Assembly (NCBI RefSeq): GCF_964355755.1
Contig: NC_092672.1
Span: 13,640,001-13,704,000, forward strand
Length of the DNA stretch: 64,000 nt
Direction: 5' to 3'
Source of the DNA: Antedon mediterranea
Taxonomy: Eukaryota; Animalia; Echinodermata
Every line of letters starts with the position of its first letter. Positions within the stretch are counted from its first letter, which is position 1. This document shows positions 33,832 through 49,139 of the stretch, piece after piece. A model generated the notes under the pieces. It made no database searches, was not told the DNA's origin, and saw only the letters and a list, made by a program, of their open reading frames with translations. The position numbers and the translations under genes are program-made.

Positions 33832-34424
33832 AACAATTAAACGAATCTCAACTAGTACCAACAAATGACGACTTGCTGTCGAATCAGTGTGATACATATA
33901 ATGTAGCTAATGCATACATTCGACCGATGTGTTAAGCCATACCGTTTAAAATATAAAAGTTTTTACAGAGATTATAGAGTAATATAATTAATTTGTAATA
34001 TTAACTGTCAACATGTTTTTTTAAAACAAAACTGATGACGTGTTACGTTCGATGGTCGTAAAACACCGTTAACGTTATAGAACACTTACGCTACGTTGTC
34101 AATTTACATAACAATACAGAGTGACGTAAGTAGCGTAAGGTTTATCGAGTCGGACCGTAAAACAAAGACGAAACAGTAAAATATACGTTTCATGGCTATA
34201 AATTACGTCATTAACAAAATTTGAATATACGCCCATTCGTTTCTCTGTGCATTTTAATAATTAAAAAATCAACTGAAATTACAGTAACATTTTATTCAGA
34301 AAAAATACATAATTATTTCTCTATTGAAAAAGTATGACGTAACAACATGTAACCTGTAACGTAAATACAGAAGACCTACAATAAACAGTGTAACAGATTC
34401 TATTTTTTAATAATTATCTTGATA

Positions 34425-34613
34425 GGTTGGGCCAATCCTGGACGTACTGCAATACCAGGTCAACCCGTGGCCAGGATGGAGCAAGCTCCTATTCCATGGC
34501 CTAAATTCAAAAATCAGTTTAATATAGAAGCTACTCGATGAGCAGCGTTTCAGATATTAAGCTGAAAAGAACAGATACTACACATGATCTTAGCCAAAAG
34601 GCCGAGAAGCGAT
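34425..34613 (-). ncRNA. U2: U2 snRNA copy 19
   Basis: As copy 1. Confidence 0.95.
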
Positions 34614-35204
34614 AACAATTAAACGAATCTCAACTAGTACCAACAAATGACGACTTGCTGTCGAATCAGTGTGATACATATAATGTAGCTAATGCATACA
34701 TTCGACCGATGTGTTAAGCCATACCGTTTAGAATATAAAAGTTTTTACAGAGATTATAGAGTAATATAATTAATTTGTAATAACTGTCAACATGTTTTTT
34801 TAAAACAAAACTGATGACGTGTTACGTTCGATGGTCGTAAAACACCGTTAACGTTATAGAACACTTACGCTACGTTGTCAATTTACATAACAATACAGAG
34901 TGACGTAAGTAGCGTAAGGTTTATCGAGTCGGACCGTAAAACAAAGACGAAACAGTAAACTATACGTTTCATGGCTATAAATTAGGTCAATAAACAAAAT
35001 TTGAAAATACGCCCATTCGTTTCTCTGTGCATTTTAATAATTAAAAAATCAACTGAAATTACAGTAACATTTCATTCAGAAAAAATAAATAATTATTTCT
35101 CTATAGAAAAAGTATGACGCAACAACATGTAACCTGTTACGTAAATACAGAAGACTTACAATAAACCGTGTGACAGATTCTCTTTTTTAATAATTATCTT
35201 GATA

Positions 35205-35393
35205 GGTTGGGCCAATCCTGGATGTACTGCAATACCAGGTCAACCCGTGGCCAGGATGGAGCAAGCTCCTATTCCATGGCCTAAATTCAAAAATCAGTTT
35301 AATATAGAAGCTACTCGATGAGCAGCGTTTCAGATATTAAGCTGAAAAGAACAGATACTACACATGATCTTAGCCAAAAGGCCGAGAAGCGAT
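35205..35393 (-). ncRNA. U2: U2 snRNA copy 20
   Basis: As copy 1. Confidence 0.95.
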
Positions 35394-35984
35394 AACAATT
35401 AAACGAATCTCAACTAGTACCAACAAATGACGACTTGCTGTCGAATCAGTGTGATACATAATGTAGCTAATGCATACATTCGACCGATGTGTTAAGCCAT
35501 ACCGTTTAAAATATAAAAGTTTTTACAGAGATTATAGAGTAATATAATTAATTTGTAATATTAACTGTCAACATGTTTTTTTAAAACAAAACTGATGACG
35601 TGTTACGTTCGATGGTCGTAAAACACCGTTAACGTTATAGAACACTTACGCTACGTTGTCAATTTACATAACAATACAGAGTGACGTAAGTAGCGTAAGG
35701 TTTATCGAGTCGGACCGTAAAACAAAGACGAAACAGTAAAATATACGTTTCATGGCTATAAATTACGTCATTAACAAAATTTGAATATACGCCCATTCGT
35801 TTCTCTGTGCATTTTAATAATTAAACAATCAACTGAAATTACAGTAACATTTTATTCAGAAAAAATACATAATTATTTCTCTATTGAAAAAGTATGACGT
35901 AACAACATGTAACCTGTAACGTAAATACAGAAGACCTACAATAAACAGTGTAACAGATTCTATTTTTTAATAATTATCTTGATA

Positions 35985-36173
35985 GGTTGGGCCAATCCTG
36001 GACGTACTGCAATACCAGGTCAACCCGTGGCCAGGATGGAGCAAGCTCCTATTCCATGGCCTAAATTCAAAAATCAGTTTAATATAGAAGCTACTCGATG
36101 AGCAGCGTTTCAGATATTAAGCTGAAAAGAACAGATACTACACATGATCTTAGCCAAAAGGCCGAGAAGCGAT
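35985..36173 (-). ncRNA. U2: U2 snRNA copy 21
   Basis: As copy 1. Confidence 0.95.
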
Positions 36174-36764
36174 AACAATTAAACGAATCTCAACTAGTAC
36201 CAACAAATGACGACTTGCTGTCGAATCAGTGTGATACATATAATGTAGCTAATGCATACATTCGACCGATGTGTTAAGCCATACCGTTTAGAATATAAAA
36301 GTTTTTACAGAGATTATAGAGTAATATAATTAATTTGTAATAACTGTCAACATGTTTTTTTAAAACAAAACTGATGACGTGTTACGTTCGATGGTCGTAA
36401 AACACCGTTAACGTTATAGAACACTTACGCTACGTTGTCAATTTACATAACAATACAGAGTGACGTAAGTAGCGTAAGGTTTATCGAGTCGGACCGTAAA
36501 ACAAAGACGAAACAGTAAACTATACGTTTCATGGCTATAAATTAGGTCAATAAATAAAAATTGAAAATACGCCCATTCGTTTCTCTGTGCATTTTAATAA
36601 TTAAAAAATCAACTGAAATTACAGTAACATTTCATTCAGAAAAAATAAATAATTATTTCTCTATAGAAAAAGTATGACGCAACAACATGTAACCTGTTAC
36701 GTAAATACAGAAGACTTACAATAAACCGTGTGACAGACTCTCTTTTTTAATAATTATCTTGATA

Positions 36765-36953
36765 GGTTGGGCCAATCCTGGATGTACTGCAATACCAGGT
36801 CAACCCGTGGCCAGGATGGAGCAAGCTCCTATTCCATGGCCTAAATTCAAAAATCAGTTTAATATAGAAGCTACTCGATGAGCAGCGTTTCAGATATTAA
36901 GCTGAAAAGAACAGATACTACACATGATCTTAGCCAAAAGGCCGAGAAGCGAT
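36765..36953 (-). ncRNA. U2: U2 snRNA copy 22
   Basis: As copy 1. Confidence 0.95.
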
Positions 36954-37546
36954 AACAATTAAACGAATCTCAACTAGTACCAACAAATGACGACTTGCTG
37001 TCGAATCAGTGTGATACATATAATGTAGCTAATGCATACATTCGACCGATGTGTTAAGCCATACCGTTTAAAATATAAAAGTTTTTACAGAGATTATAGA
37101 GTAATATAATTAATTTGTAATATTAACTGTCAACATGTTTTTTTAAAACAAAACTGATGACGTGTTACGTTCGATGGTCGTAAAACACCGTTAACGTTAT
37201 AGAACACTTACGCTACGTTGTCAATTTACATAACAATACAGAGTGACGTAAGTAGCGTAAGGTTTATCGAGTCGGACCGTAAAACAAAGACGAAACAGTA
37301 AAATATACGTTTCATGGCTATAAATTACGTCATTAACAAAATTTGAATATACGCCCATTCGTTTCTCTGTGCATTTTAATAATTAAACAATCAACTGAAA
37401 TTACAGTAACATTTTATTCAGAAAAAATACATAATTATTTCTCTATTGAAAAAGTATGACGTAACAACATGTAACCTGTAACGTAAATACAGAAGACCTA
37501 CAATAAACAGTGTAACAGATTCTATTTTTTAATAATTATCTTGATA

Positions 37547-37735
37547 GGTTGGGCCAATCCTGGACGTACTGCAATACCAGGTCAACCCGTGGCCAGGATG
37601 GAGCAAGCTCCTATTCCATGGCCTAAATTCAAAAATCAGTTTAATATAGAAGCTACTCGATGAGCAGCGTTTCAGATATTAAGCTGAAAAGAACAGATAC
37701 TACACATGATCTTAGCCAAAAGGCCGAGAAGCGAT
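37547..37735 (-). ncRNA. U2: U2 snRNA copy 23
   Basis: As copy 1. Confidence 0.95.
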
Positions 37736-38326
37736 AACAATTAAACGAATCTCAACTAGTACCAACAAATGACGACTTGCTGTCGAATCAGTGTGATACA
37801 TATAATGTAGCTAATGCATACATTCGACCGATGTGTTAAGTCATACCGTTTAGAATATAAAAGTTTTTACAGAGATTATAGAGTAATATAATTAATTTGT
37901 AATAACTGTCAACATGTTTTTTTAAAACAAAACTGATGACGTGTTACGTTCGATGGTCGTAAAACACCGTTAACGTTATAGAACACTTACGCTACGTTGT
38001 CAATTTACATAACAATACAGAGTGACGTAAGTAGCGTAAGGTTTATCGAGTCGGACCGTAAAACAAAGACGAAACAGTAAACTATACGTTTCATGGCTAT
38101 AAATTAGGTCAATAAATAAAAATTGAAAATACGCCCATTCGTTTCTCTGTGCATTTTAATAATTAAAAAATCAACTGAAATTACAGTAACATTTCATTCA
38201 GAAAAAATAAATAATTATTTCTCTATAGAAAAAGTATGACGCAACAACATGTAACCTGTTACGTAAATACAGAAGACTTACAATAAACCGTGTGACAGAT
38301 TCTCTTTTTTAATAATTATCTTGATA

Positions 38327-38515
38327 GGTTGGGCCAATCCTGGATGTACTGCAATACCAGGTCAACCCGTGGCCAGGATGGAGCAAGCTCCTATTCCATG
38401 GCCTAAATTCAAAAATCAGTTTAATATAGAAGCTACTCGATGAGCAGCGTTTCAGATATTAAGCTGAAAAGAACAGATACTACACATGATCTTAGCCAAA
38501 AGGCCGAGAAGCGAT
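38327..38515 (-). ncRNA. U2: U2 snRNA copy 24
   Basis: As copy 1. Confidence 0.95.
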
Positions 38516-39106
38516 AACAATTAAACGAATCTCAACTAGTACCAACAAATGACGACTTGCTGTCGAATCAGTGTGATACATAATGTAGCTAATGCATACA
38601 TTCGACCGATGTGTTAAGCCATACCGTTTAAAATATAAAAGTTTTTACAGAGATTATAGAGTAATATAATTAATTTGTAATATTAACTGTCAACATGTTT
38701 TTTTAAAACAAAACTGATGACGTGTTACGTTCGATGGTCGTAAAACACCGTTAACGTTATAGAACACTTACGCTACGTTGTCAATTTACATAACAATACA
38801 GAGTGACGTAAGTAGCGTAAGGTTTATCGAGTCGGACCGTAAAACAAAGACGAAACAGTAAAATATACGTTTCATGGCTATAAATTACGTCATTAACAAA
38901 ATTTGAATATACGCCCATTCGTTTCTCTGTGCATTTTAATAATTAAACAATCAACTGAAATTACAGTAACATTTTATTCAGAAAAAATACATAATTATTT
39001 CTCTATTGAAAAAGTATGACGTAACAACATGTAACCTGTAACGTAAATACAGAAGACCTACAATAAACAGTGTAACAGATTCTATTTTTTAATAATTATC
39101 TTGATA

Positions 39107-39295
39107 GGTTGGGCCAATCCTGGACGTACTGCAATACCAGGTCAACCCGTGGCCAGGATGGAGCAAGCTCCTATTCCATGGCCTAAATTCAAAAATCAGT
39201 TTAATATAGAAGCTACTCGATGAGCAGCGTTTCAGATATTAAGCTGAAAAGAACAGATACTACACATGATCTTAGCCAAAAGGCCGAGAAGCGAT
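39107..39295 (-). ncRNA. U2: U2 snRNA copy 25
   Basis: As copy 1. Confidence 0.95.
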
Positions 39296-39886
39296 AACAA
39301 TTAAACGAATCTCAACTAGTACCAACAAATGACGACTTGCTGTCGAATCAGTGTGATACATATAATGTAGCTAATGCATACATTCGACCGATGTGTTAAG
39401 CCATACCGTTTAGAATATAAAAGTTTTTACAGAGATTATAGAGTAATATAATTAATTTGTAATAACTGTCAACATGTTTTTTTAAAACAAAACTGATGAC
39501 GTGTTACGTTCGATGGTCGTAAAACACCGTTAACGTTATAGAACACTTACGCTACGTTGTCAATTTACATAACAATACAGAGTGACGTAAGTAGCGTAAG
39601 GTTTATCGAGTCGGACCGTAAAACAAAGACGAAACAGTAAACTATACGTTTCATGGCTATAAATTAGGTCAATAAATAAAAATTGAAAATACGCCCATTC
39701 GTTTCTCTGTGCATTTTAATAATTAAAAAATCAACTGAAATTACAGTAACATTTCATTCAGAAAAAATAAATAATTATTTCTCTATAGAAAAAGTATGAC
39801 GCAACAACATGTAACCTGTTACGTAAATACAGAAGACTTACAATAAACCGTGTGACAGACTCTCTTTTTTAATAATTATCTTGATA

Positions 39887-40075
39887 GGTTGGGCCAATCC
39901 TGGATGTACTGCAATACCAGGTCAACCCGTGGCCAGGATGGAGCAAGCTCCTATTCCATGGCCTAAATTCAAAAATCAGTTTAATATAGAAGCTACTCGA
40001 TGAGCAGCGTTTCAGATATTAAGCTGAAAAGAACAGATACTACACATGATCTTAGCCAAAAGGCCGAGAAGCGAT
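39887..40075 (-). ncRNA. U2: U2 snRNA copy 26
   Basis: As copy 1. Confidence 0.95.
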
Positions 40076-40668
40076 AACAATTAAACGAATCTCAACTAGT
40101 ACCAACAAATGACGACTTGCTGTCGAATCAGTGTGATACATATAATGTAGCTAATGCATACATTCGACCGATGTGTTAAGCCATACCGTTTAAAATATAA
40201 AAGTTTTTACAGAGATTATAGAGTAATATAATTAATTTGTAATATTAACTGTCAACATGTTTTTTTAAAACAAAACTGATGACGTGTTACGTTCGATGGT
40301 CGTAAAACACCGTTAACGTTATAGAACACTTACGCTACGTTGTCAATTTACATAACAATACAGAGTGACGTAAGTAGCGTAAGGTTTATCGAGTCGGACC
40401 GTAAAACAAAGACGAAACAGTAAAATATACGTTTCATGGCTATAAATTACGTCATTAACAAAATTTGAATATACGCCCATTCGTTTCTCTGTGCATTTTA
40501 ATAATTAAACAATCAACTGAAATTACAGTAACATTTTATTCAGAAAAAATACATAATTATTTCTCTATTGAAAAAGTATGACGTAACAACATGTAACCTG
40601 TAACGTAAATACAGAAGACCTACAATAAACAGTGTAACAGATTCTATTTTTTAATAATTATCTTGATA

Positions 40669-40857
40669 GGTTGGGCCAATCCTGGACGTACTGCAATACC
40701 AGGTCAACCCGTGGCCAGGATGGAGCAAGCTCCTATTCCATGGCCTAAATTCAAAAATCAGTTTAATATAGAAGCTACTCGATGAGCAGCGTTTCAGATA
40801 TTAAGCTGAAAAGAACAGATACTACACATGATCTTAGCCAAAAGGCCGAGAAGCGAT
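40669..40857 (-). ncRNA. U2: U2 snRNA copy 27
   Basis: As copy 1. Confidence 0.95.
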
Positions 40858-41448
40858 AACAATTAAACGAATCTCAACTAGTACCAACAAATGACGACTT
40901 GCTGTCGAATCAGTGTGATACATATAATGTAGCTAATGCATACATTCGACCGATGTGTTAAGTCATACCGTTTAGAATATAAAAGTTTTTACAGAGATTA
41001 TAGAGTAATATAATTAATTTGTAATAACTGTCAACATGTTTTTTTAAAACAAAACTGATGACGTGTTACGTTCGATGGTCGTAAAACACCGTTAACGTTA
41101 TAGAACACTTACGCTACGTTGTCAATTTACATAACAATACAGAGTGACGTAAGTAGCGTAAGGTTTATCGAGTCGGACCGTAAAACAAAGACGAAACAGT
41201 AAACTATACGTTTCATGGCTATAAATTAGGTCAATAAATAAAAATTGAAAATACGCCCATTCGTTTCTCTGTGCATTTTAATAATTAAAAAATCAACTGA
41301 AATTACAGTAACATTTCATTCAGAAAAAATAAATAATTATTTCTCTATAGAAAAAGTATGACGCAACAACATGTAACCTGTTACGTAAATACAGAAGACT
41401 TACAATAAACCGTGTGACAGATTCTCTTTTTTAATAATTATCTTGATA

Positions 41449-41637
41449 GGTTGGGCCAATCCTGGATGTACTGCAATACCAGGTCAACCCGTGGCCAGGA
41501 TGGAGCAAGCTCCTATTCCATGGCCTAAATTCAAAAATCAGTTTAATATAGAAGCTACTCGATGAGCAGCGTTTCAGATATTAAGCTGAAAAGAACAGAT
41601 ACTACACATGATCTTAGCCAAAAGGCCGAGAAGCGAT
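41449..41637 (-). ncRNA. U2: U2 snRNA copy 28
   Basis: As copy 1. Confidence 0.95.
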
Positions 41638-42230
41638 AACAATTAAACGAATCTCAACTAGTACCAACAAATGACGACTTGCTGTCGAATCAGTGTGATA
41701 CATATAATGTAGCTAATGCATACATTCGACCGATGTGTTAAGCCATACCGTTTAAAATATAAAAGTTTTTACAGAGATTATAGAGTAATATAATTAATTT
41801 GTAATATTAACTGTCAACATGTTTTTTTAAAACAAAACTGATGACGTGTTACGTTCGATGGTCGTAAAACACCGTTAACGTTATAGAACACTTACGCTAC
41901 GTTGTCAATTTACATAACAATACAGAGTGACGTAAGTAGCGTAAGGTTTATCGAGTCGGACCGTAAAACAAAGACGAAACAGTAAAATATACGTTTCATG
42001 GCTATAAATTACGTCATTAACAAAATTTGAATATACGCCCATTCGTTTCTCTGTGCATTTTAATAATTAAACAATCAACTGAAATTACAGTAACATTTTA
42101 TTCAGAAAAAATACATAATTATTTCTCTATTGAAAAAGTATGACGTAACAACATGTAACCTGTAACGTAAATACAGAAGACCTACAATAAACAGTGTAAC
42201 AGATTCTATTTTTTAATAATTATCTTGATA

Positions 42231-42419
42231 GGTTGGGCCAATCCTGGACGTACTGCAATACCAGGTCAACCCGTGGCCAGGATGGAGCAAGCTCCTATTC
42301 CATGGCCTAAATTCAAAAATCAGTTTAATATAGAAGCTACTCGATGAGCAGCGTTTCAGATATTAAGCTGAAAAGAACAGATACTACACATGATCTTAGC
42401 CAAAAGGCCGAGAAGCGAT
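42231..42419 (-). ncRNA. U2: U2 snRNA copy 29
   Basis: As copy 1. Confidence 0.95.
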
Positions 42420-43009
42420 AACAATTAAACGAATCTCAACTAGTACCAACAAATGACGACTTGCTGTCGAATCAGTGTGATACATATAATGTAGCTAATG
42501 CATACATTCGACCGATGTGTTAAGCCATACCGTTTAAAATATAAAAGTTTTTACAGAGATTATAGAGTAATATAATTAATTTGTAATAACTGTCAACATG
42601 TTTTTTTTAAACAAAACTGATGACGTGTTACGTTCGATGGTCGTAAAACACCGTTAACGTTATAGAACACTTACGCTACGTTGTCAATTTACATAACAAT
42701 ACAGAGTGACGTAAGTAGCGTAAGGTTTATCGAGTCGGACCGTAAAACAAAGACGAAACAGTAAAATATACGTTTCATGGCTATAAATTACGTCATTAAC
42801 AAAATTTGAATATACGCCCATTCGTTTCTCTGTGCATTTTAATAATTAAACAATCAACTGAAATTACAGTAACATTTTATTCAGAAAAAATACATAATTA
42901 TTTCTCTATTGAAAAAGTATGACGTAACAACATGTAACCTGTAACGTAAATACAGAAGACCTACAATAAACAGTGTAACAGATTCTATTTTTTAATAATT
43001 ATCTTGATA

Positions 43010-43198
43010 GGTTGGGCCAATCCTGGACGTACTGCAATACCAGGTCAACCCGTGGCCAGGATGGAGCAAGCTCCTATTCCATGGCCTAAATTCAAAAATC
43101 AGTTTAATATAGAAGCTACTCGATGAGCAGCGTTTCAGATATTAAGCTGAAAAGAACAGATACTACACATGATCTTAGCCAAAAGGCCGAGAAGCGAT
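43010..43198 (-). ncRNA. U2: U2 snRNA copy 30
   Basis: As copy 1. Confidence 0.95.
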
Positions 43199-43726
43199 AA
43201 CAATTAAACGAATCTCAACTAGTACCAACAAATGACGACTTGCTGTCGAATCAGTGTGATACATATAATGTAGCTAATGCATACATTCGACCGATGTGTT
43301 AAGCCATACCGTTTAAAATATAAAGTTTTTACAGAGATTATAGAGTAATATAATTAATTTGTAATAACTGTCAACATGTTTTTTTTAAACAAAACTGATG
43401 ACGTGTTACGTTCGATGGTCGTAAAACACCGTTAACGTTATAGAACACTTACGCTACGTTGTCAATTTACATAACAATACAGAGTGACGTAAGTAGCGTA
43501 ATGTTTATCGAGTCGGACCGTAAAACAAAGACGAAACAGTAAAATATACGTTTCATGGCTATAAATTACGTCATTAACAAAATTTGAATATACGCCCATT
43601 CGTTTCTCTGTGCGTTTTAATAATTAAACAATCAACTGAAATTACAGTAACATTTTATTCAGAAAAAATACATAATTATTTCTCTATTGAAAAAGTATGA
43701 CGTAACAACATGTAACCTGTAACGTA

Positions 43727-44178
43727 TTTATTTATTTATTTATTTGGAATTACACCTTTAGATCGGTGGCACACTTAGCACAAAGGTGCATCCTTCACAA
43801 TATAAAATATAACAATTAACAGAAAAGTAAAAAAAGGCAAAAGCAACTATCAACCCCTATCCTACCCCCCCCCCCCCCCCAATTTACATCGATACATACA
43901 GTAGATCATTACTTTACACAATGAATACAAAACAAGATATAGTAAAAGTGTATAAAATAAAATAAAATCAGCTGATAAACACAGCTTATTACGAAAAACC
44001 CCCAACTCCTCCCCCCTCCCACTTTTTTTTCAATTTACTTAATGTAGCAATGTAGATAACATAGTTATTGAGTCATGGAATTCAGTGAATCATTTCGAAA
44101 TTGCCATGCTTGTTTTAGGTATCTTTTACAAAAACTATCTAAAATATGTTCACACTCTTCATCAATTAAATTATCTGA
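43727..44178 (-). mobile_element. Second copy of the same truncated insertion, with identical junctions
   Basis: Identical to 26082-26531 except for poly-C length; offset 17,645 bp. Confidence 0.9.
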
Positions 44179-44242
44179 GTAAATACAGAAGACCTACAAT
44201 AAACAGTGTAACAGATTCTATTTTTTAATAATTATCTTGATA

Positions 44243-44431
44243 GGTTGGGCCAATCCTGGACGTACTGCAATACCAGGTCAACCCGTGGCCAGGATGGAGC
44301 AAGCTCCTATTCCATGGCCTAAATTCAAAAATCAGTTTAATATAGAAGCTACTCGATGAGCAGCGTTTCAGATATTAAGCTGAAAAGAACAGATACTACA
44401 CATGATCTTAGCCAAAAGGCCGAGAAGCGAT
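44243..44431 (-). ncRNA. U2: U2 snRNA copy 31
   Basis: As copy 1. Confidence 0.95.
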
Positions 44432-45021
44432 AACAATTAAACGAATCTCAACTAGTACCAACAAATGACGACTTGCTGTCGAATCAGTGTGATACATATA
44501 ATGTAGCTAATGCATACATTCGACCGATGTGTTAAGTCATACCGTTTAGAATATAAAAGTTTTTACAGAGATTATAGAGTAATATAATTAATTTGTAATA
44601 ACTGTCAACATGTTTTTTTAAAACAAAACTGATGACGTGTTACGTTCGATGGTCGTAAAACACCGTTAACGTTAAAGAACACTTACGCTACGTTGTCAAT
44701 TTACATAACAATACAGAGTGACGTAAGTAGCGTAAGGTTTATCGAGTCGGACCGTAAAACAAAGACGAAACAGTAAAATATACGTTTCATGGCTATAAAT
44801 TACGTCATTAACAAAATTTGAATATACGCCCATTCGTTTCTCTGTGCATTTTAATAATTAAACAATCAACTGAAATTACAGTAACATTTTATTCAGAAAA
44901 AATACATAATTATTTCTCTATTGAAAAAGTATGACGTAACAACATGTAACCTGTAACGTAAATACAGAAGACCTACAATAAACAGTGTAACAGATTCTAT
45001 TTTTTAATAACTATCTTGATA

Positions 45022-45210
45022 GGTTGGGCCAATCCTGGACGTACTGCAATACCAGGTCAACCCGTGGCCAGGATGGAGCAAGCTCCTATTCCATGGCCTA
45101 AATTCAAAAATCAGTTTAATATAGAAGCTACTCGATGAGCAGCGTTTCAGATATTAAGCTGAAAAGAACAGATACTACACATGATCTTAGCCAAAAGGCC
45201 GAGAAGCGAT
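45022..45210 (-). ncRNA. U2: U2 snRNA copy 32
   Basis: As copy 1. Confidence 0.95.
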
Positions 45211-45801
45211 AACAATTAAACGAATCTCAACTAGTACCAACAAATGACGACTTGCTGTCGAATCAGTGTGATACATATAATGTAGCTAATGCATACATTC
45301 GACCGATGTGTTAAGCCATACCGTTTAAAATATAAAAGTTTTTACAGAGATTATAGAGTAATATAATTAATTTGTAATAACTGTCAACATGTTTTTTTTA
45401 AACAAAACTGATGACGTGTTACGTTCGATGGTCGTAAAACACCGTTAACACTTACGCTACGTTGTCAATTTACATAACAATACAGAGTATACATACAGTG
45501 ACGTAAGTAGCGTAATGTTTATCGAGTCGGACCGTAAAACAAAGACGAAACAGTAAAATATACGTTTCATGGCTATAAATTACGTCATTAACAAAATTTG
45601 AATATACGCCCATTCGTTTCTCTGTGCATTTTAATAATTAAACAATCAACTGAAATTACAGTAACATTTTATTCAGAAAAAATACATAATTATTTCTCTA
45701 TTGAAAAAGTATGACGTAACAACATGTAACCTGTAACGTAAATACAGAAGACCTACAATAAACAGTGTAACAGATTCTATTTTTTAATAATTATCTTGAT
45801 A

Positions 45802-45990
45802 GGTTGGGCCAATCCTGGACGTACTGCAATACCAGGTCAACCCGTGGCCAGGATGGAGCAAGCTCCTATTCCATGGCCTAAATTCAAAAATCAGTTTAAT
45901 ATAGAAGCTACTCGATGAGCAGCGTTTCAGATATTAAGCTGAAAAGAACAGATACTACACATGATCTTAGCCAAAAGGCCGAGAAGCGAT
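45802..45990 (-). ncRNA. U2: U2 snRNA copy 33
   Basis: As copy 1. Confidence 0.95.
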
Positions 45991-46598
45991 AACAATTAAA
46001 CGAATCTCAACTAGTACCAACAAATGACGACTTGCTGTCGAATCAGTGTGATACATATAATGTAGCTAATGCATACATTCGACCGATGTGTTAAGCCATA
46101 CCGTTTAAAATATAAAAGTTTTTACAGAGATTATAGAGTAATATAATTAATTTGTAATATTAACTGTCAACATGTTTTTTTAAAACAAAACTGATGACGT
46201 GTTACGTTCGATGGTCGTAAAACACCGTTAACGTTATAGAACACTTACGCTACGTTGTCAATTTACATAACAATACAGAGTATACATACAGTGACGTAAG
46301 TAGCGTAAGGTTTATCGAGTCGGACCGTAAAACAAAGACGAAACAGTAAACTATACGTTTCATGGCTATAAATTAGGTCAATAAATAAAAATTGAAAATA
46401 CGCCCATTCGTTTCTCTGTGCATTTTAATAATTAAAAAATCAACTGAAATTACAGTAACATTTCATTCAGAAAAAATAAATAATTATTTCTCTATAGAAA
46501 AAGTATGACGTAACAACATGTAACCTGTTACGTAAATACAGAAGAAGACCTACAATAAACAGTGTAACAGATTCTATTTTGTAATAATTATCTTGATA

Positions 46599-46787
46599 GG
46601 TTGGGCCAATCCTGGATGTACTGCAATACCAGGTCAACCCGTGGCCAGGATGGAGCAAGCTCTTATTCCATGGCCTAAATTCAAAAATAAGTTTAATATA
46701 GAAGCTACTCGATGAGCAGCGTTTCAGATATTAAGCTGAAAAGAACAGATACTACACATGATCTTAGCCAAAAGGCCGAGAAGCGAT
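46599..46787 (-). ncRNA. U2: U2 snRNA copy 34
   Basis: As copy 1. Confidence 0.95.
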
Positions 46788-47392
46788 AACAATTAAACGA
46801 ATCTCAACTAGTACCAACAAATGACGACTTGCTGTCGAATCAGTGTGATACATATAATGTAGCTAATGCATACATTCGACCGATGTGTTAAGCCATACCG
46901 TTTAAAATATAAAAGTTTTTACAGAGATTATAGAGTAATATAATTAATTTGTAATAACTGTCAACATGTTTTTTTAAAACAAAACTGATGACGTGTTACG
47001 TTCGATGGTCGTAAAACACCGTTAACGTTATAGAACACTTACGCTACGTTGTCAATTTACATAACAATACAGAGTATACATACAGTGACGTAAGTAGCGT
47101 AAGGTTTATCGAGTCGGACCGTAAAACAAAGACGAAACAGTAAACTATACGTTTCATGGCTATAAATTAGGTCAATAAATAAAAATTGAAAATACGCCCA
47201 TTCGTTTCTCTGTGCATTTTAATAATTAAAAAATCAACTGAAATTACAGTAACATTTCATTCAGAAAAAATAAATAATTATTTCTCTATAGAAAAAGTAT
47301 GACGTAACAACATGTAACCTGTTACGTAAATACAGAAGAAGACCTACAATAAACAGTGTAACAGATTCTATTTTGTAATAATTATCTTGATA

Positions 47393-47581
47393 GGTTGGGC
47401 CAATCCTGGATGTACTGCAATACCAGGTCAACCCGTGGCCAGGATGGAGCAAGCTCCTATTCCATGGCCTAAATTCAAAAATCAGTTTAATATAGAAGCT
47501 ACTCGATGAGCAGCGTTTCAGATATTAAGCTGAAAAGAACAGATACTACACATGATCTTAGCCAAAAGGCCGAGAAGCGAT
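47393..47581 (-). ncRNA. U2: U2 snRNA copy 35
   Basis: As copy 1. Confidence 0.95.
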
Positions 47582-48171
47582 AACAATTAAACGAATCTCA
47601 ACTAGTACCAACAAATGACGACTTGCTGTCGAATCAGTGTGATACATATAATGTAGCTAATGAATACATTCGACCGATGTGTTAAGCCATACCGTTTAAA
47701 ATATAAAAGTTTTTACAGAGATTATAGAGTAATATAATTAATTTGTAATAACTGTCAACATGTTTTTTTAAAACAAAACTGATGACGTGTTACGTTCGAT
47801 GGTCGTAAAACACCGTTAACGTTATAGAACACTTACGCTACGTTGTCAATTTACATAACAATACAGAGTGACGTAAGTAGCGTAAGGTTTATCGAGTCGG
47901 ACCGTAAAACAAAGACGAAACAGTAAAATATACGTTTCATGGCTATAAATTACGTCATTAACAAAATTTGAATATACGCCCATTCGTTTCTCTGTGCATT
48001 TTAATAATTAAACAATCAACTGAAATTACAGTAACATTTTATTCAGAAAAAATACATAATTATTTCTCTATTGAAAAAGTATGACGTAACAACATGTAAC
48101 CTGTAACGTAAATACAGAAGACCTACAATAAACAGTGTAACAGATTCTATTTTTTAATAATTATCTTGATA

Positions 48172-48360
48172 GGTTGGGCCAATCCTGGACGTACTGCAAT
48201 ACCAGGTCAACCCGTGGCCAGGATGGAGCAAGCTCCTATTCCATGGCCTAAATTCAAAAATCAGTTTAATATAGAAGCTACTCGATGAGCAGCGTTTCAG
48301 ATATTAAGCTGAAAAGAACAGATACTACACATGATCTTAGCCAAAAGGCCGAGAAGCGAT
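48172..48360 (-). ncRNA. U2: U2 snRNA copy 36
   Basis: As copy 1. Confidence 0.95.
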
Positions 48361-48950
48361 AACAATTAAACGAATCTCAACTAGTACCAACAAATGACGA
48401 CTTGCTGTCGAATCAGTGTGATACATATAATGTAGCTAATGCATACATTCGACCGATGTGTTAAGTCATACCGTTTAGAATATAAAAGTTTTTACAGAGA
48501 TTATAGAGTAATATAATTAATTTGTAATAACTGTCAACATGTTTTTTTAAAACAAAACTGATGACGTGTTACGTTCGATGGTCGTAAAACACCGTTAACG
48601 TTATAGAACACTTACGCTACGTTGTCAATTTACATAACAATACAGAGTGACGTAAGTAGCGTAAGGTTTATCGAGTCGGACCGTAAAACAAAGACGAAAC
48701 AGTAAAATATACGTTTCATGGCTATAAATTACGTCATTAACAAAATTTGAATATACGCCCATTCGTTTCTCTGTGCATTTTAATAATTAAACAATCAACT
48801 GAAATTACAGTAACATTTTATTCAGAAAAAATACATAATTATTTCTCTATTGAAAAAGTATGACGTAACAACATGTAACCTGTAACGTAAATACAGAAGA
48901 CCTACAATAAACAGTGTAACAGATTCTATTTTTTAATAATTATCTTGATA

Positions 48951-49139
48951 GGTTGGGCCAATCCTGGACGTACTGCAATACCAGGTCAACCCGTGGCCAG
49001 GATGGAGCAAGCTCCTATTCCATGGCCTAAATTCAAAAATCAGTTTAATATAGAAGCTACTCGATGAGCAGCGTTTCAGATATTAAGCTGAAAAGAACAG
49101 ATACTACACATGATCTTAGCCAAAAGGCCGAGAAGCGAT
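48951..49139 (-). ncRNA. U2: U2 snRNA copy 37
   Basis: As copy 1. Confidence 0.95.
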